A program made the translations under genes and the position numbers. The notes under the pieces are model-generated. The model searched no databases, was not told the DNA's origin, and was given only the letters and a program-made list of their open reading frames with translations. Shown piece by piece: positions 37,409 to 50,361 of a stretch of DNA of 64,000 nucleotides; positions within the stretch are counted from its first letter, which is position 1, and each line of letters starts with the position of its first letter. The DNA comes from Balanoglossus misakiensis (lineage: Eukaryota > Animalia > Hemichordata): the NCBI GenBank assembly GCA_040954595.2, contig CM082592.2, positions 2,408,438-2,472,437 on the forward strand, in the 5' to 3' direction.

Positions 37409-38436
37409 AGTAAACCCTCTTACATGGACTTTAATAGTAGCGGGGAAAAATATCTCTCAGATCTTGTCGCTTTTCATTTTATATAAACACTACTACACAC
37501 AGCAGTTCTTCATAGAAATAGAGCCTTTTTTTGCTTTTTGTTATGGCAGAGCTAGGCCCCCTCATACATGTCCACACCATCAGGTTATAGGTCAACTGAC
37601 ATCTGAGGCTCAGTAATGGATTTTTCTCTATTCTAACTCCTCTGTGCGTATTGAATTTTGAAAGAAAAAATGACATTTCACTGAGTGATATTGACACTGA
37701 TACGGAGAGATCATTGCTGATTTAAGTATTCACAGCGAGATTAAGAATAAAGAGCATTTATAAGACGCCATTGTGTGATTCGATCTTCTGTTTTAATCTG
37801 TTACTCCCATGTTGATTCTTGGTGAGGCGGACGTTGAAAAGGCAGCTAAGTTTACCGTTGTTCCTCGCATGATGGCAGTATATACTGACCGGTGGATGCT
37901 GATGTTGGAGGACAGTTACCCGTTGGTGACAGAAAACTGCCACCGCCGGTACTGTCCGCACACTTCGCACTCAGTACAACGGCGCCATTGTTGAAATATT
38001 TGTATCTGGGATAATTTCTGTGAATTCTGGTAAAATTGGATTATCAAATCGTTTTCAACTTCTGTGGGCCTTTATTCCCTTTGAATAACACAGTGTTCAA
38101 CATTGACATTATTTTGGACTCTGACCATTCCTGATTTGTAGCGCTCCTACACGTCAAGTGAAATTCTTTAAGGCGTTAACATTGAAGTGCTGAATACTAT
38201 AGTAGATGATTTTCCTCTCATTGCGAGATCTCGCGAGACTAGGTTGTGTTCCGTAGCAACTTGCCAAGTAATACAAGTCAAGCTTTGTATGAAATTATAA
38301 TTAGGTGCCGAGTTTAACAAAAATGTAACTTTTGTGCCCTGTTTTGTTTGTGTTGTCACATGAGAATACCCTCGGCGCCGTACAAACTTCTTAGCCAGGC
38401 GAGATCTCTCTTAGAGTTCTGAAAATTGTCTCAGTA

Positions 38437-40001
38437 TTAGACTTTGAGATGCTCTAAATACTCCAGATTCTGTTCTGGATGATAGTACTTGCAGTTATAG
38501 TTGTCGGTATCGTTAATACGTCTGTAGGAACAATATTCAGCATTTGCCAAAAATGTGACGTTTCCCTCTGGATGCCAGCGTATAAAAATGGAGAGTTTCT
38601 CTGGGCACACCTATTGAAGAAAACAGCGAATTGTCAGTCGCTGTTTTCTTGTCCTGTATACGAGAATTAATTTTTTAATTTAATAGCAAAACAAACCACA
38701 TTCCGAAAAGTGGCGGATAATGGTTCGGGGTCGTAATTAGAGAATTGTTATCAAGCTGGTAGAACTGGAAATTGTATGCAAAACTAGTATGGCATGTACG
38801 CCCATTCTTCCTTTTTTGAAGCCAAAATCCAATTTCTGACTTTGATATGAAATCAACACCCGGAGAGAATTGGAATAATGTTAACCTGTCATTATATTGA
38901 ATATTTAGACAGATACCAAAAGAATACTTAAAGGGACAAAGTCTCTCTCTCGCTGCCCTTTACCCATGATTAATATAATTATGTTAGATACAAGGCAACG
39001 TTTATGTTATTCTACATGTGGATATATACTAGTAGTAGAGACCGTTTTGGTGAGTTTTTCACACTCGTGTCTACGAGTGGAATGGAAGCTGTGTTTAGTC
39101 GAACGTTGATTCACTGTATATATCCACATGTAGAATAACATAAACAGTGTCTTGTATTAAACATAGAAACAAACAAACGGGAAAATGGGCGAGAGAGCGA
39201 CTTTGTCCCTTTAATATTCTCTTCAAACTTACATCAAGGTCGTAGCACGTTTCGACGAGTCTGTTGTTAACGTACATGTGAAGTGTGCAATTCATGCAGC
39301 CTCTAACCAGTTCGTCATCGGATATCATGGAACCCTGCAGTGAAATGAAGCAATGGAATAACGAAGCAAATACAGAGTGAACAGAGAGGAAAAGTTAATT
39401 TAAACAGGTGATATCGCATGCACGAAGGTGTTTGTATAGTGCATCGTGGACCCGCAAGTCACCACCGGGAAATTGAATCTTCCAGTGCTAGGCTACTCGT
39501 CTGTGAAATGCCATCGATGCGATATTGACCACCTCGCCTTTCAAGTATCAGACATACAATCGCTAAAATTATATACTTGTCTAGTTACTATGCACTCGTC
39601 TTCGATTACTCCACCACACTCGTTAGGAATGCCTGGGAAAATATTATCCATAATTGTGTTTTTAAGATCTTATTTTGCTTTACCAGGCTTGTCAGTGTGT
39701 CCAACTTGTCAATCACAATGTCCACGGCTCGGAATGTATTTGTTGGTCCGATGAAACTGCCGACAACTTTCAAAAACCTGGTCGTGTGAATCGGATCCTC
39801 ATTTTCCAATATGTCGGGTAGCATCATGATCTCGTCGAAACACTCCACGCCGTGCGTTTAGACAATATCGTATACGGCGTCGTTGTAAGCCGTGATTTTG
39901 GCAGAGGAACAAACCCATGGCTGAGAACGGAATGGATGCCCGGCTTCGAGGCCACGATACACGATGACCAGAAGAGCAGATACGACAAACAGCAACCTCA
40001 T
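38437..40001 (-). pseudogene. Uncharacterised secreted Cys-rich protein, paralogue A, with in-frame stop
   Basis: Coding exons 39684-40001, 39233-39334, 38437-38610. Signal-peptide-like MRLLFVVSALLVIVYRGLEA. TAA at 39860-39858 where paralogue B has TCA (Ser). Probable 5' UTR exon donor at ~40450. Confidence 0.8.
38928..39214. mobile_element. TTAA-flanked MITE (same family as 3075-3742)
   Basis: TTAAAGGGACAAAG...CTTTGTCCCTTTAA. Confidence 0.8.
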
Positions 40002-40571
40002 TGTACGCGTTTACCTGTAGAAGCAAGAATTACCTCTCCATAAAATGATATAGCAGGTTTATACCATCAGGGACAAACTCCTATACGAAGAAGTACGAAG
40101 CCCCGATCAAACAACGATAATATTTCATTAGATTACAATGTTGCTACTAAACCGGATTTTATAAGCATTCTTTTATTTCATGACAATTAATTTTATGGCA
40201 GAATGGACACAGCCCAAAAAAAAATTGCCGAAAGTTTGAGCATTATTCAACTCTTTCCGCCACAGATATGCATATCCCCGCAACGAATCTACTTCAGTCT
40301 TGCTGCAAAACTTTGTGATATTGAAATGCGTCCGCGTATAGAAAATCCTGTGGACGCGACGCTAATGCATCGTCGCTCTGCTTGGCGACGTGTCGTAATA
40401 GAGACTATACGAAGTTACAAACATAAAACTACACGGAAAAATATACTTACCTCTTACTGCTTAGCTTTGAAAGTGTGCAACGAAAGCTTACATGCATCTG
40501 CACGGATGAATTCTTTAATGTTTGTGCACGAATTTTATAAATACTGTCACGATGTGTGTGTTATTTAAAAA

Positions 40572-40884
40572 TTATATTATACCAGTATATTGATGGTGTA
40601 AATCACGCTATTTGATTGGCCGAGACACGACACGTGACCGTGATATATTAGCCATATACCACAGTCATATATCATAGTCAAAGAAAATGCCTTTTTAAAA
40701 TGTTTTATGCAAAGTTTCAATATACTGGCATAATAAAATAGCAATAAAACACCCCCAGCCATGGTATACCACTCGATTTTGACCAGTTCAACTCCATATA
40801 CGCACTCGCTATCGCTCGTGCGTATATGTCGTGAACTGGTCAAAATCTCGTGGTATACCATGGCTGGGGGTGTTTTATTGCTTA
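40572..40884. mobile_element. Second copy of the ~310-bp hairpin element
   Basis: Nearly identical to 3177-3487; both give the same spurious 94-aa ORF. Confidence 0.85.
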
Positions 40885-41639
40885 ACTACAGGAAAGTTTT
40901 TTTTTTAAATAGTTTATATTAGAAAATGAAAATTTAAAAAAAAATAGTAGTTATACAGAAGAATGCTGGTTGATTTTTTTTCGGTTTTATTAATGCCACG
41001 CGTACAACTGCTGAACATATAATTCTGACGTTGTTATGTCCAAGTCCCATTTTCAATTGCAGCTTACTTAACTCATGTTAATAGATATCAAATATTCACT
41101 TTTCTTAATGGAAGCGTCATTGCATTTAGCATTCGTTTTAGTACTCTTGACTGTATTGGTACTAACCATGCAACGAACCAAGAATTACCAAAAAGGAAAC
41201 CAAGAGAGATTGGAAACCACATATGCTTAATATATAGAAGGTTGGCTATCACAGATGTCTTGCACGTTTCTAGATGACTGGTCCAAGCACAACAGAAATC
41301 GCATCTTTCAGCTGGGTCTCCGTGAAATGAAATGGCACCGGGAACTGAACTGATTTTTACACGAAGGCTGGGCAAATACTGCCATTAACAAAAGCACAAT
41401 ACCAGATTCATTTTGAAGTATTAGTTTATTTTATTTATATATAGTGAATCAACGTTCAACCACACACACCTTACAGCCCGCTTGTAGACACGAGAGTGAA
41501 AAACTAGCCAAAATGAATAAATTGTAGAGTTTTTCACTCTCGTGTCTACAAGTGGGCTGTAAGGTGTGTGTGGTTGAACGTTGATTTACTATATATCCAC
41601 ATGTAGAATAACATAAATGGTGTCTTGTATCAAACAAGG

Positions 41640-43157
41640 TTAATGGAAAAGGGGTAGTGAGAGGGAAACTTTGTCCTTTAACATCGGCACAATCAATTGC
41701 ACGCGGTGCAGTCTGTAACTCCAAATCGTGTTCAGGGTGATAGAACTTGCAGTAGTAACTGTAGGTGTCTTCAGAACCTCTGTATAGGCACAGTACTCAA
41801 CGTTGACAGAAAAGGTGACATTTCCTGGTGGATTCCAGTAGAGTGCCTGGGAGAGTTTCTCGGGACATATCTAAATATTAAAATATAATAATAAAAAGAT
41901 TCAATTTTCACCATTATGATTTTTTTCACAAATGTCCTGTTGCGTGGGAAATACAAGACTCCCTAAAAGATTGCAGAATTCCAAAGTCAGAGGGTAGTGT
42001 TCCAGGCAAACATATTACACAGAATGAAAATACCGAGAGAATTATCAAAAGTTACGGACAGTGGATCTTTGATTAAACTTACGTCCATGTCTTTGCACGT
42101 TTCAGCGAGTCTTTCCTCGGTATAGACGTTAACTGTACACTCTAAACACTCTATGACAGATTCGTCGTCAGATATCCTGGTTCCCTGTGGGAAAAAGAAG
42201 CAACGTATTGTTCTCAATACAGGAGGGACTGTGATCGACGTGTGAAACTCAGAGTTGCAACTAAGCTACCCGTTCGCTTAAAAGGACAAAGTCTCTCTCC
42301 TTGCTGCCCCCTTTTCCATTATTATGTTTGATACAAGACACTGTTTATGTTAATGTACATGTACATGTGGATATATAGTGAATCAATGATCAACCACACA
42401 AAACTTCCATCCCACTTGTATGATATGAGAGTAAAAACTCGCCCAAAATGAATAAATGGTAAAGAACGATTATTCATTTTGGCGATTTTTTCACTCTCCT
42501 GTCTATAAGAAGGATGGAAGTTGTGTGTGGTTGAACGCTCATTCACTATATATCCACATGTAGAATAACAAACGGTGTCTTGTATCAAATATAATTAATG
42601 GAAAAAGGGCAGCGAGAGACAGACTTTGTCCCTTTAAAGTGAAAGGGTCGTCGCGCCGCGCTTGTTTTTAAACATTACAATTCATCCACAAATCCCTCAA
42701 GTAATAACATTCTTAGATCCTAGTAGGTCGTGGCGACTGCAGTGAGGTTTGTGCGAGTATTTGAGGACATATTCTCGACAAGGGGGACACCCACGCGGCG
42801 CGACGACCCCTTCCCTTTAAAATTGTATATATTTACCATGTTTATCGCGGCTGTGTCCAACTTGTCACTCACAACGTTCACGCTTCTGTATGTATTTGTT
42901 GGTCCGATATAACTACCAACAACTTTCACGAACTTGGCAGTTAAAATCGGCGTCTCTTTCTCCAGTGCGTCCGGTAACACCATTATCTCTTCGATACACT
43001 CAACGCCGTGAGTTGATATAATATCAAATATGGTATTGTCGTATCCCTTGATTTTGGACGCCGTACAAACCCATGGCTTTGAACGAAACGGGAGGTTGGC
43101 TTCGAAACTACTGTACACGACGCCCAGAAGCGTCGATACGACCAGCAACAACTTCAT
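41640..43157 (-). pseudogene. Uncharacterised secreted Cys-rich protein, paralogue B, frameshift in last exon
   Basis: Coding exons 42837-43157, 42083-42184, and 41870 downwards, with the same intron positions and phases as paralogue A. MKLLLVVSTLLGVVYSSFEA signal peptide. After EYCAYTEV (~41773) the homologous EDTYSYYCKFYHPEHDLE is in another frame, and the shifted frame stops at 41640 inside a MITE. Probable 5' UTR exon donor at ~43558. Confidence 0.75.
42278..42820. mobile_element. Two abutting TTAA-flanked MITEs sharing one TTAA
   Basis: 42278-42637 (GGACAAAG family) followed directly by 42634-42820 (TTAAAGTGAAAGGGTCGTCGCGCCGCG...CGCGGCGCGACGACCCCTTCCCTTTAA). Confidence 0.75.
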
Positions 43158-43867
43158 GGCGTGTTGACCTGTAAAAATTAGAAAATATGTGATGCCTCTA
43201 TTCAAGAAATGCGTGCATGAAAAAAACACACATCCATTTCAAGCCTTGATCACGCACGTATATATACGCACTGATCAAAACACGATCGTATGATAGTTCA
43301 ATTATATTTAAATATCGTTAATTAATTATTTGTTTGTTTCATTTTCATCTTTGATTTTTTATATAATTTTATGACAGAAGGGCCACAGCAAACCACAAAC
43401 TCGGCGAGTGTTGACAAGTAATTTCAGTATTTCTTCCGCAGCAGAAACGCATGCCCCTGAACATTACCACATGGAAAATAAAAAAACATGCAATTTGTCG
43501 GTTAGCGGTGATTTTCAGACAAATACCAGAAAATAAATAAACAAACGCATCCACTTACCCACTCGTCGTTGGCTTTTAAATATTGGACCGACAGTTATCT
43601 GCACGCACAGATGAATGTAGCCTATATTTCTTTAAAAATTACAAAACAAAACGCGAACACTATCGATTTTGCAAACAAGATCCAATCACCAATCAGAGTT
43701 ATTTCAGCTTGTTCCATCAAAATAGAACAAATTGCGAAAATAGCATGACGAGCTTCGGAATACAGAATACCTTTTCGAATTATTCGAGTCCCGTGTACGA
43801 CTAGTGAAATGTATAGCCATAAACTGAGGCAATTATGATGGCAGTTTCAAATGTCACACTTTACCAA

Positions 43868-43933
43868 TCTCTCTCTCTCTCTGTCTCTGTCTCTCTCTCT
43901 CTCTCTCTCTGACTCTCTTTCTCTCTCTCTGTC

Positions 43934-43988
<55 letters not shown>

Positions 43989-44047
43989 GTCTCTCTGTGT
44001 GTGTCTCTCTCTCTCTGTCTCTCTCTGTCTCTGACTCTCTTTCTCTC
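43868..44047 (+). repeat. (CT)n-rich microsatellite
   Basis: Imperfect CT/CTGT run; source of the SLSLSL and ERERER ORFs. Confidence 0.97.
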
Positions 44048-45889
44048 GCGCGCGATTGGATCCACTACAAGAAATAAGAGGCGCGCCGAGTTCTCATCTG
44101 TGAAACTCAAAAACAATTAGTTGCTTACATCATACTGTCGATGCCCTTGATTCTTTTATTTCATAGAATAATATGTGTTTTGTTATTTCCGACTTAAAGA
44201 TAGGCCTATATCACACAAAATAATTCATCTGGTCATGTGTATGTCCAATTCAAAGGAGCCAAAGTCTGGTCACTGTTTGCGTAGCTTATCAGACTGTTTG
44301 TCGATCTGTCCAATGCTTAAAATGTGTTGAGTGGCGTGTCTTGTTATGAAGTATTGGGGACGGATGGACGTTTATATTGTATATGTATGTCGTGGGACAA
44401 ATTTACAGGGGAGTTCTTTGAAAACAAAGAAAATATATATATGTATTTTGCAATGTTTGCAAATGGGGTATTGTGGTCAAAATGTCTGAAGTTAAAAACA
44501 TGAACATAAATGAAGTGTTAAAATAAGAATTTAAGAACAAACAAGAAAATGTTAAAAATATTGTACACCATATTTATTTGCATCAAGTTTCATGAGCATG
44601 GTTCCACTGTCAGATGTCACTTGGTTTGAAAATCAATGATATATGGGACAGATCCTGAAAATTCGAAGGAAGTATCACGAGTCTATGTGCTAAATGTTGT
44701 CATTCTGAAGAAGAGTTTCGTCTAAAATGTGGTATTCAACTATCTTAATGAAAACAACTTACAGACGTTTATGGAAAAGGTCTGCAGTACGTAAATTTCA
44801 GTTTCCTGAATAGTATCACAGTTACTCCATTTTGTCAATTTCCAATCAAAATGCTGAAATACTGGCAAATATAAGTTCTATGGAAAAGGATTACGCGTTA
44901 TTTGTTTTCATATCCACTTTACTTGTCTACTTCCAGAGCCAAAATGCCAAATTAATGCAAGTCACGTGTTTCAAAACTCAAGAAAACAGACTTTCGCTCA
45001 TAAAACCGTTCAATGATACAATGCTACTGGATTACTGTTCTTCCGGTTGAAGAGGATCTAGTAAAGAAACGCATACTATAAAATTTACAAAAATAGAAAT
45101 TCCTTAAAGCTTTTCCTTGTGCCATAATTACCACGACAATATAAGATTAAGTTTACTGTGGAGTTCACGTACAATGTATTAAGCTATCATAGAGACTCCA
45201 AATTCTACAATATATGCTGCCTTCTGAGTTTAACTGGAAGATAGACAGCCAACATTGAAGAAAAATCCCAACTATAGTCAAGGCTGAGGGTTTTGCATGA
45301 GAAATCGTTCCAAAATACGTCATCTTAAAATCAAGGACACATCCTGTCAATGCGAGTATGTAAAATATGCTTATCCATCAAGATTGAAATACTAATGTCA
45401 AGATATTCGAATAAACGTTTACAACTAAACAGGGAAACACTAATATCGTCATTTTCTACTATTTCCGATTTCGTAGACACTATATTTTACAGGCACTGCT
45501 CTGAAGCGTTATATCTGAAAATGTAATTTCACAGTAACGAACAATATTAAACCTGTCAGTTACTCTCATAATCTAGCACTAAATGAATGCTGCATTGAGC
45601 AAAAAATGTACAGAACAAAAATTTTCGCGACACAAATCATCAGTGTATGCTAACATTGTTAGACATCAATACAAGTTCATTAGCAGTTTGACCATAATTT
45701 CTAACGTTTGGCAAGATCAAAGACTCTTCCTCAGTGCTCAGATAGGAGCACCAAATATCAACCCGACACTGCTGACAGTGCCAACCAAGGGAGTTGTTGG
45801 ATGGGTCAAAGTCTTCTCGACGACTGAGTCCTACATTGGTGAATCTGTCCATACACAAACCATGCAAGGGAAGGTATTCCACTGATGAA

Positions 45890-47635
45890 TTAAGCCCACA
45901 TCATGGGATCCGGTGGGAAAGCTGCAAGGAGAGGGAAAGATGTCAGTATATAATTATGTTTCTTCAAACACCGCAGCCAAACAACCAATCATCCCACCAA
46001 ATAACCAGCCAACTAAGTATTAAGAGAGCCACATGTTTAACATATTAATTAGATTTGCAAACAGACTGAAGAAGTTGTACCCACCCTTCCCCAAGTCTCT
46101 CGATGCAAATTCCTCTTCGAATGCTTTCTCCGATTTTTCTTTCAGTAGGTTTTCATATTTTTTCCTTTCCTCGTCGTTTCCCAGTAGCATGTATAGTCGA
46201 ATAAGAAAATAGACTCCTGAAATTGAATGACATAATGGCAGACTATGAGAAGTTACATTTGTAGATACTGAAAAATAATTGGCCGCCTCATTTTATACTA
46301 GTCTTTTAACTGAAGATTATGTATGAACACAATCTGAAACACCAATATCTCGTCCCCGAAAGGAAAAAAAAAACGAACAAAACTAAAGTAGAATTTAGAC
46401 GGATATTAGTAAATCTGCAGAACGGATGAATTAGCTGTAATGTATAGCCAGTTTTACAGTCAAGGGATACTTTTTATGAACAACTGAAATCGCGACTAAA
46501 TTCATCAATAGCAGTTGAAACAATCAACAAAATATTTCGAAAAGACAAAACTTACAAATAACTTTAATCAATGTTTGTTTTAAGCATTCGTTTTTTTTTC
46601 ATTCAAATGTTACTGGTCAGCTTTGCAAGTCATGACTAAGACGTGCCGCAGTCAGTCAGTGCTGATCAACCTATAACGCTATACATGATTTCAAAGGTGA
46701 TTGTCAGTGAAACAAATTGAAGTACCTATCTGCCAGCTGTCGAATTGCTCATAGTGGGACAGAACGCACTCTTTGATCTTCAGTGCCTTTGTCAAGAGGC
46801 CTTCAGCTTCTTCGTATTTACTGACATCCTCGTTCGCGAGATAAAACACAGCAAGGTCAGTCATTCCTTTAAACAAAGAAAACCATTTACGTCATTTTGG
46901 AATAATATGTACAACAACTGAAGTATCACACTTGGCAATATTCCAAACAAAGGTGACCTGTTACAAAACTATTTATTGAGCCAATGTCCAACTCTGATGA
47001 ACAGCAATCTATTTCGTATGGTATAAATACGTTTTCCGTCGTCATTAATATTTCACCAAACGAATTTTATGTTTCTGATCAAACCCTGTAATAACAAACC
47101 CTGATCAAACCCTGTAAACAGTAATATTCAGTTTAAAGTTCACATGTACTCACCAATCGCAATGCTTATATGGTTGCCATTATCTTTGGATCCCCAAACC
47201 TTCTTCTTCATTTCCAGGGACTCCCGAAACAGTGTCTCTATTTTGCCTGTGTCAACTGGCTCCTTTCGGCGGAGAAAAACTGCATATTCATGCATGGCTG
47301 AAAGAGCAATCAAGAGAGTGCAATGATCGCAGTTCGCTCAAAACGGTGATTATGATATACACAAATGTACAGATGCCACGATGGTTTGTATACAGAGAGC
47401 TGTAATGGTAGTTCTTTGCCCGTTAATGTGCAGTTATAAAATAACAAGAATATATTATACTTGCATATACCTATGGCCGTCCATTTTCCTGGCTCATTCT
47501 TGTAGTGTTTCTGACAAATTTTGATTGCCGTCTGGAATTTGCCTTCAATTTCATTCACAGTGCTTTCGTCAGGAATGGGCTTGTTGTAGTCCCTCGCGTA
47601 TCCTCCTTCGAGGGCCATCGCTTGTATATTGTACA
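45890..47635 (-). CDS. TPR-repeat protein (kinesin light chain/NPHP3-type TPRs), 3' exons only
   Basis: Phase-1 symmetric exons 47471-47635, 47154-47297, 46726-46866, 46085-46216 and a terminal exon 45890-45921 (last junction less certain). Peptides AMHEYAVFLRRKEPVDTGKIETLFRESLEMKKKVWG...HISIAIGMTDLAVFYLANEDVSKYEEAEGLLTKALKIKE fit the TPR_12-like consensus. Confidence 0.75.
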
Positions 47636-48117
47636 CTGTGGTTCATAAAAATGTCAACCCTCAAGATACATTGGGTTTAGGTTAATGATTGGTGGGATTT
47701 TGTTTTATCAAACTTGTGGTAAAAGTTTATAAACAATATGAAAAAAAACAACATTCTAATGTGTTGGGAAACAAGGTACTGATATCCGCTTTTGTATGTG
47801 CGCACATTTTAAACGAAATAGTAACGATTAATAGAATCTCACACTACAAAGGACCTGGGATCATATTTCTTACACGAGTTGGGGATTTTCTGTCCCACAC
47901 GAGCCGTAGGCAAGTGTGGGACAAAATTCAGTGAGAGTGTGGGATCGATTTGTTCTCACACTCTGATCCCACACTCCCAGCGTGCCAGGAGTGTGAGAGG
48001 AAGACTGTGACATCCAAAGGCGGTGTTAAATTACAGCATTTAGGCACTTTACATACATCTGCTTCTAACACTACCAATTATCCGAATGGCATGACACTAT
48101 ACTCACACTTTGCCATG

Positions 48118-49510
48118 GAGTGTAACTATTGTGCGGGTCATGCGGGCTGCGGGTCAGTGCGGGTTGCGGGTTGCGGGCCGGTGCGGGTTGCGGGCCAGTG
48201 CGGGTCAACACTTTCAATATGACAATCATGTCCTAAGATTGTTGAAAAAGATATCCTGTAACCAGCACACACCATATCATACACAAATAAACACAAGTTT
48301 TTTTTAAAATATGTATGTAAATTTTTATTCAATAACTCTGTGTCTTATATTTCCATTTTTCTGCTTGTCCACTTGCAAGGGATAAAGTTTTTGTTTCTAA
48401 GAAACAATCCAGCTCTGGCCAGGAAGTCAAATAGGGACTTAACACGAGATCTTCTTTGAAAATATGATGTCGTCCATGGTTTATTATGTCGCATAAGCCT
48501 ATCAGTATGACATCACTGAAATAAAGTGGTAAGAACATCACTATTAGTACCAACATTTTCTAAACAAGCAAAGATTGTCAATTTTCACAATCTGCTGATT
48601 CAAGATTGTTCAATTCAAGTTTTGCAAGTACTTGCTTGACAAGTTAATTTGATTTTATGTATTTTTCACTTTAAAATGTACACTACAACAAACAAAAACA
48701 AAAATGTCCCAAGTGCAGGGATAACACAGAAAGGTTAAGAACTTATTTCCACTACGGTCCCACAAATAATATCAGACTGCTTTTAAGACCTCGAGGGATA
48801 ACACATTATGAAAATCAAATCCTCTTCATATGTCATCAAAATGTGAAAAAACCAACTAGGCTTTGTACGCGTAAAACTAGACTAGCCCACTAGTCGCTTG
48901 GTGATTTTTAAATCTCAATACTTTTTGTGTTTTCGGTGTTTTCATGTCTGCCTTGAGCGTGTTTTTGGTAGTGAGGCAAGTTTCGAATTTGGGACTGAGC
49001 TTGTGGTTTCGGGTAGCGTCGCGTTTCCTACACATAACATGCATAATGAAGCCCATAGACTTGGAGCAAGTCTAGCGTAAAACATATTACATGGGGTTAG
49101 GTTGAGTGCGTGACACGCAGCTCGAGTCATAGATGCAATCACGACAATCTTTTACAATACAAATCATTATACTTTGCATATGAATAACGATTCTAAATAA
49201 TAAGATCGCTCGGTACGTACCTAATGTCGGCGGACATTTTGACCGGATGGCGGGAAAGCATGACGTCACTGGTTGCGCAATACACGACCCGCACTGCAGC
49301 CAGCATCCTTGGTCGATTCCATTGTAATATTGAAAGATGTTGTATTTTTCGAGGTATTCACGAAAGTTATTATGGTATAAGAGGAACTGGGATTATATTT
49401 TGGGTTCATTTTATTCCAAGAAACAATTGCACAGAAGTCTCATTCGTTTTTGGGGCGACCCGCAAATTGGCCCGCACTTTGACCCGCTGACCCGCAAAAT
49501 AACGATACTG
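48118..49510. mobile_element. Putative DNA transposon with GCGGGT subterminal repeats
   Basis: Clustered TGCGGGT/TGCGGGC at 48132-48207 mirrored by ACCCGCA/GCCCGCA at 49457-49497. Imperfect 23-bp TIR, with CCATG on both flanks. Confidence 0.55.
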
Positions 49511-50162
49511 CCATGTCGATGGGTACTCAAAATTTCGGAGTTTCCAGTGATTTTCCTCCGGCCCCGCTCAAGGGCGTAAATCATGACATTCCCATAAGAC
49601 TGTTATTGGTCAAAAGCAATACATTGTCGACAGATTTTGTGGAGGGTGGAGTTGGAAGTAACAACATACATGACATGATTTTTCTGGAATCTTGAGTTAT
49701 TTGGTATAAGACTACCTGATTGAAATATTTTGAGGCCCAACATTAAGAAGATGTTGTTTTTTTATTGTACACATTCTGAAATGTGTTATCACAATGCACT
49801 ATTATAGTGTAGCTGTAGAAGTTTGTGAAACGCGGAAAAAAGTTGAACAGAAAGTATTATCTAATTGATGGCTGCAGGTTAAAATTCCGAGAACTTTGAG
49901 AGATTTGGGAGCAAAAAAGACTGACCTTTTGCAACAACGCCATAGACCTACCCTAAATGGGGAGTTACTGCACTAACTTCGAGAAAATTGGCTCGACTAT
50001 GTAACGTACTTTTGATATAATAAACTGCTAAATTTAAATTACCTTTGTCATTTAATAGTGATGTTTGTTTAGGCCTATAATTAACACTAAAATATGAAGA
50101 AATCTGGCTCAAATATTGTTTGCGTATACAGACAAGTGATTTAACCACTGAGAGAATTAGGC

Positions 50163-50361
50163 GGATCTGGTTCTCTTAGTGGACACGACTATACCCCATG
50201 GGCGATACCATGGTTTTTTAGGGTTAGGGTTAGGAGGGTTAGGGTTAAACTCACCCTCACATTGCCACCCCTAACCCTCCTAACCCTAACCCTAACTCAC
50301 CCTCATTGCCATGGTATCGTTGCCATGGGGTATAGTCGTGTCCACTAAGTGAACCAGATCC
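50163..50361. mobile_element. 199-bp MITE with 8-bp TSD and inverted telomere-like repeats (Merlin- or hAT-like)
   Basis: AATTAGGC-GGATCTGGTTCTCTTAGTGGACACGACTATACCCCATGG ... CCATGGGGTATAGTCGTGTCCACTAAGTGAACCAGATCC-AATTAGGC, with internal TTAGGG and CCCTAA runs. Confidence 0.85.

Noticed and set aside
43847-44120. ER-rich and SL-rich ORFs (also 60866-61360)
   Set aside because: Translations of (CT)n microsatellites.
50215-50300. Telomere or telomere-fusion site
   Set aside because: Only a few TTAGGG units, enclosed by TIRs and an 8-bp TSD, so part of a MITE.
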